A DNA stretch of 58,069 nucleotides from Perkinsus olseni (Eukaryota): positions 1 through 58,069 of the forward strand of contig JABANN010000170.1 in NCBI GenBank assembly GCA_013115125.1. The letters run 5' to 3'. Numbering within the stretch: position 1 is the first letter of the stretch; each line of letters begins with the position of its first letter. The position numbers and the translations under genes are program-made. Positions 45,450 to 55,449 of this stretch are shown here, piece after piece. The notes under the pieces were generated by a model. That model saw only the letters and a list, made by a program, of their open reading frames with translations. It was not told the origin of the DNA and did not search any database.

Positions 45450-46082
45450 TCAAGTCGAGAAATCGGAGCCATCCGAAGAGCTGCCAGCCTCAGTGCTCCT
45501 CTCCCAGTCACTACTACCACCTCTAGCCGATGATCCAGTGCAGCCACGCCCCCTGCCACCAGCCTTCTGGCCACGGCAGCTCGGCAACGGAGGTTCTTCC
45601 ATGGTGTCAAGCTCGAGGCAGGCCAGGACTCCGAAGGGTATCATAGAGATCTCGTCCCTGCCTTGAGGACTGCCACTGCTACCAGGTCCTCCAGGAGAGC
45701 GGCCCCGGTTCACCTCAACTGCATCGGGCCTCCGCACGACCTTATAACAGCCTCCTCTTCTGGGGTAGGGACTGTAGGGCGGCGGGGAACACTCCCGGAA
45801 GTAACAGCCCTCAGTGCCATGGTTAATGCCTTTCTTCGAGACGGGGCCTTCAGCCTGCCGCCACAGTGCTCGATCGTGAGCGTCTAAATTCAGCAAGACC
45901 TGGTTACGCATTCTCTCGGTCAGCTTGACTCGGTGAGAGAAGTCCCGACTGCTGGCCAGCATGGAGACGCTGGGCTGCTGGTCACAAAGGGGCGGCGGCG
46001 CTGCTGCCACAGGTAAGTGATGCCTTGAACCGGAGGTGAGGCAGTAGGGCGGAGGGGGTGGGGGTATCGGAACTCGATGCAT
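45450..46082 (-). CDS. Hypothetical Pro/Gly/Ser-rich protein
   Basis: Open frame of about 210 codons from MHRVPIPPPPPP; no recognised domain. Confidence 0.4.
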   Translation of the reverse strand: MHRVPIPPPPPPYCLTSGSRHHLPVAAAPPPLCDQQPSVSMLASSRDFSHRVKLTERMRNQVLLNLDAHDRALWRQAEGPVSKKGINHGTEGCYFRECSPPPYSPYPRRGGCYKVVRRPDAVEVNRGRSPGGPGSSGSPQGRDEISMIPFGVLACLELDTMEEPPLPSCRGQKAGGRGRGCTGSSARGGSSDWERSTEAGSSSDGSDFST

Positions 46083-46353
46083 GGCAATGGTACGGAGAAA
46101 TAAAACAAGAAGAAGCCAACTGAATCCCAGTCGCTGATGGGATTCGGATTCTGTTGCTCGAAGAACAGACTCAACTTCGCCCTTCCTCGTGGTGCAGGAC
46201 TTCTGCGTCACGCGCCACGAAATTGTCGTGTCGATCGGCGGACCCGAGAAGTTTGGGGGATATGTTTAGTCACTTGTGATCGCGTCGAGTTGGCCTCCTT
46301 TACAAAGTCTGCAGCTTACTGCCTTCGACCTAAGATATCTGTTCAGCAACTGA

Positions 46354-46803
46354 ATGTCGGACTCTTCCTCCACCACCGGCGCGGGGCCACCGAGGGCTAC
46401 GGGTGTGCTCATAGCGGGCATGTGTCCTCCTGATGCTCCTCTGACTGAAGGGCAGAAGAAGGAACTGCAAGCGAAACAGGTCATGCGGGATACCCTCGGC
46501 GTATCATTAGGTCGACTCTGGCAAGATACGTGATAGGTCAGGATGGGATCACTCAGGTATCTATGTTCCTGTCGAATGAACGATACATTCGAGCCCATCC
46601 CGAATTACGGCATCTAATCAGCGCATTTGTGCAGCGTGCCTTAGAGGACCGCCCCGAGGACGCTGTGGCTTACGCTGGGGACTTCTTCACTAGGTGGTAG
46701 TAAGTGAGTTCAGCCAAGTGGATGGCCTTCCCTCAGGGACGACCTGTACGCCTTAGTCAAGGCAGAAAGGGAAGCGGCCTTGACGCCTGATGCGATTAAT
46801 TAG
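46354..46803 (+). CDS. RIIAD1: RIIa dimerisation/docking domain protein (RIIAD1-like)
   Basis: Spliced LTEGQKKELQAKQ|VSMFLSNERYIRAHPELRHLISAFVQRALEDRPEDAVAYAGDFFTR|DDLY...AIN*. Confidence 0.8.
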
Positions 46804-46908
46804 CTCTGTAACATGCAGACTGCAGCCTTGTCGTGTTGTTAGTTTTCACTATTACTTCGACGGTGGCGGGGATATCGCAGTGACCCTTAGGAGTGTCTTT
46901 TCTTCTCC

Positions 46909-48422
46909 ATGTTTGCAACTCGGAAAGTCTCACGAGCACACCGGCGCAAGAGGCCTGCGGAGCAGGAGGATGATGACCAGGCCAGCTCCTCTGTTGAAGC
47001 CGACAGCCCGGAGAGCCTCTCACTAGACGACCTCAAGTGAGCCTGGGGAAACAGTCTGTCTCAAACAGACCTTTCGCAGTGCGACGCAATAATGGGCGAT
47101 TTTTCTCAAGGGAGCTTCAACGTGAACGGTCTCGCACGAAGGGCGTCGCCGCGGATCGGCACGCCGCTGTTGAAGCGGAAGAAGTCGAATCGCAGCCTGA
47201 AGAGAAGGATGAGGAAGAGTGGGGGCTACTGAAGAGTAAATGACCGGTGAAGCTAGGGTGGCGTATCATAGCTCGACTCAGGGACCTTCCAGGACACTGG
47301 GGCCAGATTGGGGACGGAGCATGAAGCTGACAAGCACATGGAGGAATGGGTTAATAAGAAGCTTGCGGCGATGGGACACAAGGTAGCGGCAGGAGCGGTT
47401 GATGAGGAGACTCACAGGGCCCCTGAGGGTAGTAGGGCAGGGTTGCAGCCATTCCTTAGGATTCCTATTCCATAGGATTTGATTCTGCCGGTCTGGTTGA
47501 CTTCGCCAGAATTCTTGTTCTCCCCTGGGGAGTGTGGTAGTCCTTCATTGCTAGCTCCGTTGCCGGCTTTGAAATTACCGCTATCAGTCTGCTCATCGCT
47601 CGTGTAGTCTCGTTGGTTGGATCGACCGCCCGCGCAGAATTCTTTCGTTAGCTAGTCGCGCTGCGGTCTGGCATTTAGCGAGTGAAACAGTCGGGAATCG
47701 TAGCGGCTAACGACGGACGCCTGAGTCCTTAGGGTGACGGTGTGCGGCACTTCATGCGTGTGTCGCTCTGGGATCTAGTCACCTTCGGGCGGGTCAATAC
47801 ATGAGTATGTCAGATACGGCACCGGCTTCTCGTATGACCAAGGTGTTCGGCGCCATACCTGAACGATTGCAGCACCAGCCGACGACGGAGCAGCGGCTGT
47901 TGGAGCAGGCGAACTCTAATTGGTCGATGGGGTTGGTGGAAGTGGAGACTAACCGATTGTGAGTGATGGCTGTGGTCTGTGGAGTGGCTTTAGAAGCAGC
48001 GGAGTAGTGGGCGCTAGGTTCTGGCCGAATCCGGGCTCGTTGCTTGCGGTTAGAGAGTAGATCGCATTTGGCATTCTGAAAAGAGGGTGGTTAATGTTGT
48101 TGTTTCCTAGGGAAGAGCTGCGGGCTATTGAACGGGCAGAGGAGGCCAAGATGCGATTTTTGGAGGAGGCCTCGAGGAAGAAGACAAGCAATGACAATGT
48201 AGTTGCTCTTTTCAGCGGGGGAGATCGACGTTCAGTGGGTCGTTCAACGATCGTCCCTCTCACTCGTGAACGCCCGAAGTTGCGGGAGAGTAGTTGTCCT
48301 TGTGAACTGGAGAGCTTCCCTTTTGTCAGGGCGATGCGGTAGCTGGAAAAGGGAAGGATCGAGCTAAGGCAGCTGCGAATGTGGCGATGTCGGAGATAGT
48401 CAAACGACAGCGAACTAAATGA
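46909..48422 (+). CDS. C9orf78/HCA59/Tls1-like splicing factor (multi-exon)
   Basis: MFATRKVSRAHRRKR; ELQRERSRTKGV; ADKHMEEWVNKKL; AIPERL...WSMGLVEVE; ELRAIERAEEAKMRFL. Confidence 0.65.
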
Positions 48423-48549
48423 CTTGAGGATGAACCTCTTGCGTTATCATAGAGTATGGAGGGTGGAACTAGTCGGGCATGTTTAGCCTGGTGGGATTGT
48501 CTAAGAGGAGCGCCTAGCGAGACCCGATTTGCCCTGATCGCTTTTCGTC

Positions 48550-50476
48550 ATGTTGGCTCGCCGAGCTCCACGGCTGGGGCTGATGGGTTCACCTCAAGTC
48601 TGCAGGACACGGGCTTTCTGCGCTACCGCCGAGGAGGCAGGGCAGAGTCCGGAGAGGAAGATTGAAGGAGGGAAGGAGCCTGCTGGGAAGGTTGAGAGAC
48701 CGTGGCTGGATGCGGAGCCACTGAGTCTGAACCAAGCTCTTTACCTGACCACTGAGATGGGCATTTATACGACACGGGAAATGCAACTGCGAGTCATGAA
48801 GTCGCCATCGTTCTCGACGGACACGAAGGCTCCCTTCGTAGTGGAGGACTTCTTCAACTCTATGGATGAGGGTTTTAAGAAGCAGGAGGAAGACTTTGAG
48901 GTCCTGCATGTACCGGAGGAGGCGCAAGGAACTGTTGAGAAGGAGGTGGATGAAGAAAAGGTCGATACGGTAGTGCTGCTGAGGGAGGCATCTTTTTTGT
49001 AACTCGACGAGGTTTTGAGAGAAGCGGAGACTCGCGTGATTAGCGTCGCCGAAGCGTCTTCTGTCGAGCTAGAACGTGCCCAGTGAGACGATTCGATTTC
49101 GCACGAGGCTCGACCCGCAAGGAGGGCTCCGGCACAGGGTTGTCGTTTAGTTGCGGAGAATGTGGTATACTACGTTGCCCACCGCGGATCAGGCTAACGA
49201 CTTGGCACCTGTGGTGATCAGGTTAACCCAGTGATACACAACAAGCTCGTGAGAGCGTTCACGTCGAATCCTCGGGACACCCGATCGTTCATCTATAACG
49301 GTCAAGAATGGAAGGAGAGAGCGGAGGGCCGAGGGTTGCGGAAAAGGGCTACAGCGCATGTAGGCCACTTAGCGAAATCGGTGACTGGTGGGGGCTGACA
49401 GGTCTCGTAGGCGGACGATTCTCGATGAACTCTCGGCTATGGATGTCCCGTTCCATCGGAGATGTCTTGTCTCCCAGGTGGTGCTCCAGCGAGGTAGTGG
49501 TGTTATCAAAGTGAACGGTGATGAGGACTTTTATGTACGGTTCCCGCTCTATTACAATAGGTAGTAATTAACAGCCATCATTTGGTTCGCCAGTAGTCCG
49601 AGCTGCTGGGCGCCAGAATGCGATGTTGGTGCAGGTTCGACGTTGTGCAGCCTCTGCTTCTCTGTGGTGTCTGTGGCGTCTACGATGTCTTCATCGCCGT
49701 CGCAGGAGGAGGAACGTCGGGTAGTACTCTTGCCTGCGAGTGCCCGGCTCACGAGTCGTGCATTCGTTTGTCCTCGCTCGATGTGCGCATAAGCGTAATT
49801 ATTTTGACGGCGCTTGTCGAGTTTTCTGTATCATCTACCTTTAAGCCACCCACTGGGCGCCACTAACGGCTGCCAGATTGACCTTTCCCTAGCCTCCATC
49901 ACGCGTTCGATAATCCTGGACGGCCTGTGTCCGCTGCAAGCTCTTATTAGGGCAGGAAGGCCGTACGATGACTAGAGACAACCCAGAGTCTTCTAACAAG
50001 TTCACGTCGGTGTCAGCTAGCCAGCATTACCATCCACTCTCTTTTCAATGAGCTCTCGCAGATTTGTTTCTCTACTTCGGGTTTCGGTCCAGTCTGCTCA
50101 GAGATGGGATACCAAATTAATTTGTATTACATAAGGATTCTCCCGGAGTCGATTTTTTTCGAGCTCGACCATATACAAATTTGTTGTCGAATTCTATACT
50201 CGAAATTACGTGAGTGTCCTCACGCGCCTCCCATTTTTCGCCGTCGCTCCGCTGTAGCGATTCGAGGGGGATTGGAGGCCTTAGTTCGTTCTCTTCTCAG
50301 GGCAGAGTGGAGCGATTCGGCTTGCTATCGGACGCGCTCTGCTTGCCGCAAACCCGGCATGCGAGGAGATCCTTGAGGAGAACTGTGCGCTATTCCAGGA
50401 TCTAAGACAGACGATATCGAAAATCCCGGGTCACAAGGGACCCCGGAGTCGAGCCACGCGGTGGCACAAGCGGTAG
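48550..50476 (+). CDS. MRPS9: Mitochondrial ribosomal protein uS9m (multi-exon)
   Basis: Arg-rich presequence; EGRGLRKRATAH|VVLQRGSGVIKVNG; YDVFIAVAGGGTSG|QSGAIRLAIGRAL; C-terminal ...RWHKR*. Confidence 0.9.
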
Positions 50477-50777
50477 TGAAGATGTCACATGTCAATGGGG
50501 GGTGTTATTGTGACCTACGTTTCTGGTTTATGGATGGTGATGCTTTCATGGGGCTTGGTAGTGACTAGGAGGAAAGTGTATTCAGCAGGCTCCTGACTTC
50601 AATAGATGAGAGGTCGTTATTGGGCATTATAGGAAGTAAATGCGCGACGCTGTCTGCGAAGCATAACGCTTCAAGCATTCCTAATGGCAATCTCTTCAAT
50701 GGTTTTTCTTGTTATCAGAGGCTTGTTCCTTCTGGTGTATTCGCTCAGTTGTAGTTTGTACCGTTCATTCATGCCCA

Positions 50778-51545
50778 ATGGCCACAGAAGCGAATAATGC
50801 TAACGAAATTGTCTCCTCGCCGGTGCTGATTCTCATTATAGTGGCTATGACACTGTTCTTCACTTTTGGAGCACTGATGGCTCTGAGGGCCCCTTCAGGC
50901 AGCAAATGGCGGGCGATAATCCTGCCTAAAATGGGTGTCATTTTCGCTAGTCTTCTCGTGTGGTTTGTATTCACGGGCTCTGACGTCTACACCGTGCTCA
51001 TCCTCTGCATCCCTGTTGCTGGCCCAATGCTTGCCGCGCTTTGGCTGTGGTACCGGGACCGAAGACGAGCACGACGGAATAGGAAGGCTGCGGAGCAGCT
51101 GGCTCAGGCGGCGAGGCAGCAGTCTCTGTTCATCGATGTTGAGGAGGGGGAGGGGTTTCGTCTGATGGATCGGACGGTGAGTTCGCACATGGCGTGCTGC
51201 GAATTGCGATTGTTGTGGTATTCAGCGCGACTATCCCCGACCCCCGGCGAGGTCTTCGAGCTCAGGTTCCTCCTGCGCGAGTGAGATACGCATGAGAGTG
51301 AGCTTACAGTTTATCGGGCGTGGTCATCTGTATGATGATTCTTTCAGACACTATCGGAAGAGTCCGACGAGGAGGAAGGAAGGTTTGTGTCGATGGACGA
51401 GCAGTTCGAGGATCCTGACGACGGCTCTGAGGTGGGGCACAGTTCGGTCTCAGTCGAACATAATGGAACTCGCAAATGCCGCTCGGAGCAGTTTCCTTCT
51501 ATTTCTACCTTTTCTTATACCATCCGTTACGTCAGACTGGAATAG
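50778..51545 (+). CDS. 3-TM membrane protein of an unrecognised family, paralog 1 (3' end approximate)
   Basis: APSGSKWRAIILP...GSDVYTVLILCIPVAGPMLAA motif shared with two neighbours. Confidence 0.75.
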
Positions 51546-52437
51546 TCGATCAGCAGTGGTGCTTCTTCCATGGGCAGCCTCCTCAGTCATTTCAGCCCTT
51601 CGGCCTGCTGGGCTGTGCACTTGACAGTCGCATTGTGCCGCTCAGGTCAGCGCGTCATCGTCGCCTAAGAGTAAGCAAGTACGATTTGCGGACTCTGCAG
51701 ATCTTAGCGACACTTGCGCTGGTCACGAGGTAGGACGTCTCGATTTTGTGTATTCCGTCATCATCCTGTGCGCTCTTTAGTGGGCAACGTTCACTCTGCA
51801 CTCTGTAACGCAGTGTGTCTCAGGAGCAGAGGACAAAGAGGCTGTGGGATGGTTATTATGTTAAGAAGAGACCCTGGGGTGCTTATCCCAGCCAGCGAGT
51901 CAATTTCACTGTACGCCTCGCCGTGTAGATTCTCAGCGGCTTGAGCTGCTCCCATTTCGGAATGTAAAGGCAAACCTCGACAGCCAGGCTGCTGTTGTTG
52001 TTATCAAGTTTGCCTCCTCCTCTTGCGGACGATACTGTTATGTTGATTGTTAGCTCTTCTGAGACCACACTGTACCAAGAGATGGCCGACGACTTCTGAC
52101 GCATTATTAGATTGCCACTATTATGTTGTTTCTTGTCCCTTGGAGTGTGGTGTGGAGTGGTGGCACAATTCGAAGGAAGGCGGTTATTACTGTAGAGTCG
52201 ACGGAGCACAAGTCTTTTCTCTTTGGGTGATGAGGTGGCCTTCTTTCTCGTATCTTCAAACTCGCAGGCACGTCGGACCTGTTGGCCTCCAGCGCCTGAT
52301 AGGGACTCCAGCGGTGGCAGAATAGCGGAGCATGATTTTCGATCTCTTACTCTGACGTGCCACTTCTCGTCGCATGAGCTCACGGTGGAGGACTCATTCA
52401 GCGTCTGATTGTTCTTCCGCCTGGTAGTTAGCGCCGT

Positions 52438-53591
52438 ATGGCAATTCACACACTCGGTCCGTATAATGCTGACGACATAGCTGACTCTCCCGCCCTCATC
52501 TTTACAATAATATTCTTCATCCTCGCCTTCGTGGGGTTCTCCTTGATGGCGCTACTGGCCCCAGCAGGCAGCCGATGGCGCAGCATTATCCTGCCGCAGT
52601 TGGCGTCGGGTGTGCTCTATGTGCTCATGTGGTTCATCTTCAACGGCTCCAACGTCTTCTCGGTACTCCTTTTGACGGTACCAGCGGCTGGTCCGGTCAT
52701 TGCGGCTATTTACCTGTCTGTTCGGGAATGCGTCCAGGCGAGGAAGAGAGCGAGAGTTCGGGCACTAACACGAGCGCGGACGGAAATGGGAGAGGTAATG
52801 TGGCCCAGGGCGTTGACTTCTCATTTGCCCACCAAGAGGTCGCCAGTTCGATTCTCTCTGGGATAATTTCTTTTGTCTGTGTGATGTGCAGATTGACGAA
52901 GCCGACACTGATGGAGGAGAAGGTGAAGTCGTGGATAAGCCGCCCAAGCTGCGGGTATGTAGGAAGGGGGATGCAATCAAAACAGCGGGGGTATGCAGTA
53001 GCTTGTTTCTTGGGTCTTGGGCCGAGCGTGTCACTTATCACATTTGGACTTTTACAGACTATTGCCTCGTTCCTGACTTCCCCTCACTTCAAAGTGCCCC
53101 CTGGACGCTCGCTGCGGAGTGGGCACTCGATCTCGTATCTTTGAGCGCGAAGTATCTTTGTTGTTCGTTGTAGCTGAGGTCGATGTCCACTTTGGCTCCT
53201 TTTGGAGAGCCCTCCGCTGTCCTGGGCAACCTGCAAAGAGGAACGACGCAGCGCTTTTACTCAATCTACGCTGACACGGTCGCGCCTGAGGTAAGAGTGG
53301 ACGGCTGGCTTCTTTCCGGGCTTAGTCACTCGGGAAGGCCAGAAGGACCGACGTGGTGTTGTAGGATGATGGGCAGACGGTGTTAAATATATGTCCGGTC
53401 CAAGACTGCACAGTTACCGTGCTGGAACCTGAGTCGTCCAGTGAAGATGATGTAGAGGAAGGCACGCGACTGCCCGCGGGCTCCTCGCCAGGTCATGGAA
53501 AGGTGATGATCGTCGTGCCAGCTGAGTGGTAGGGAATGAGCGAATCGATGCTCAGGCTATGGTCACGCCGATTGACGACACTCACGGTCTG
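52438..53591 (+). CDS. 3-TM membrane protein of an unrecognised family, paralog 2 (3' end approximate)
   Basis: APAGSRWRSIILP...GSNVFSVLLLTVPAAGPVIAA; basic cluster then spliced acidic tail. Confidence 0.75.
52800..52862 (+). pseudogene. Degenerate tRNA-like relic inside intron 52795..52891
   Basis: A-box-like TGGCCCAGGG, then AGAGGTCGCCAGTTCGATTCT (variable loop + T-arm start, B-box). Confidence 0.4.
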
Positions 53592-53965
53592 AGGCTTGCG
53601 GTGTGCGAGACGGCAGACAAGTCCTTGGCTTTTACAGTACAGTTACACAGAAGAAGGGCTCAGAGGAAGGAGACGGGTGCCGACTTCCTATAGTCTCGCT
53701 GCCCAGAGCAGCATTGTATCGATTTTCCTTCGTGTTAATTTCAAGATCGGCGGACACGGCCGTTCTCACCTTCGGCCTTTGTAGTAGTCCGTCTAGATTA
53801 TGCCATAGTGGAGCATTCCATCCGTCCTGTAAGTACGGTCGCCGCTACAGCCGTCGGCTCTTTCTCTCGTTCCTTGCGTAGTCGTTGTTTTCGCCATCGC
53901 TGCTTGTTTGCTACGGTGTACAGTTCCCCCTCATCATTCTCTGTATTGTGTTTGAGTCTACTATA

Positions 53966-54776
53966 ATGAATCCTGCAGTAGTAGGCCTGCCTATGTTACC
54001 TGGCCCATACACACCGTCAGACATCGCTCATACATGGTGGCTCATCGTGGTCATCATCGCCCTCATCATCGCCTTTGCCGTGGCCTCCTTCCTGGGGTTC
54101 ATGGCGCCTCTCACCAGCAAGTGGCGCAGGATAGTCCTCCCACAGTCAGCTACCGCGGCCCTCAGTGTCCTGGTCTGGGTCGTCTTCGGCAAGTCGGGTA
54201 GCGTCTACTCGGTCCTCATTCTCACCCTACCTGTACTTGGTCCGGTTGTGGCGGCGATAGCTCTGTGGGTGATGGACTGGCGGAGAGAACGGAAGAGAGA
54301 CAGGATGGTGAAGAAGGGCAACTTTATGGTGGAAGTTGATGGTTTTGGAGACAACCGGCGGATGACACTTCGGGTGGGTTGCGGCAGCCGAAAGTGGTTT
54401 GGCGTTCATGTGTGACCTTCTGGCAGATTGGCGATGACACAGAGCACGACGGCGGCTTCCTCTCGCCCTGTTCAAGCTCCGAAGCTGATGTTCCCCGAGT
54501 GAGCCGCGATAAAAAAATCTCGACTTTTCCGGTGATTTTTCTATTTGTCAGAGTCGGGCTATTTCCTCATGGACGGTGGAGGGTTTGCCGGATAACTTCC
54601 AAGCCACCTTGGATGCGGTCAGAAACCCGCGGTTCTATTCAATAGGCCGGGGGTATAGCCGCGTCGATGACCAAGATGTAGGTTACTCCACTAGATTTGT
54701 GCTGAAGGCACTTAACGAGACAGGCTCAATATTTACCACAGCCTTGTGGTCCTGGTTCAAAGCCAGTGGTTTTTGA
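53966..54776 (+). CDS. 3-TM membrane protein of an unrecognised family, paralog 3
   Basis: APLTSKWRRIVLP...GSVYSVLILTLPVLGPVVAA; downstream exons end ...WSWFKASGF*. Confidence 0.75.
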
Positions 54777-54891
54777 GGTCCCGGCGTGATTTTGTCGACA
54801 GATGAGGGGCACTTCAAGTGTGAACTGTCTGTTTTTTGGAAAATTCTTCAATCGTGGCAAAGCCAAGTGAAACTATTCATTCCATTTTGGT

Positions 54892-55215
54892 TTACTTATG
54901 TGAACTAGTGTGAAGTGGCGTTTTATGGCTCGTCATCAGCAGGAGGTAGAGAACTGGGCGAGTGAGGTCAGCAGCGCCCCTGTGCATCCATCGATCTCCC
55001 GATGCGAGAAAGTCACCAAGACGACCCAGTCGCCGCTCACGCTGAGCACAATTGAAGAGGGTCGAGTTTACAAAGTAGGTTGGGTGTAGTTGTGCATGCG
55101 TGCGGGATTCTTGTGTCAGGATGAGCATATACCTCTCGGAGATGGATACTCGTTGAAGGTCCACGTCGGCTCGGCACCCGAGCATAAGATACACTTCACA
55201 GTTCATCGAGAGCAA
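54892..55215 (-). CDS. Possible small spliced hypothetical protein
   Basis: 107-aa ORF only; no motif. Confidence 0.2.
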   Translation of the reverse strand: MLSMNCEVYLMLGCRADVDLQRVSISERYMLILTQESRTHAQLHPTYFVNSTLFNCAQRERRLGRLGDFLASGDRWMHRGAADLTRPVLYLLLMTSHKTPLHTSSHK

Positions 55216-55449
55216 TCCTGAACCGGGATCTGTCCAGGGGAGATTATAAGCCCCTCCGTCGCTGTTTAATTTTCAGCCTTACTGGCGCTGTGTAGTTATT
55301 CATCCCTATCATATTATTACCATTGAAGCTTGGCCAAGGACAGGTGGTTCCTTGTAGTAGTCTTTTGTCTCTCTTGCGTTGACCCGTACTTGCGTTGAGG
55401 TCACGGTCCTTGAGGATGAGACCGCTAGGGCCACCACTGGTGGTCTATG

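Noticed and set aside
47960-48050. Interrupted B-box GGTTC-tggcc-GAATCC in an intron
   Set aside because: Needs an ad hoc 5-nt insertion; too weak to count.
51600-52449. Minus-strand ORFs between 3-TM paralogs 1 and 2
   Set aside because: I could not build a convincing spliced gene or find a motif; left unannotated.
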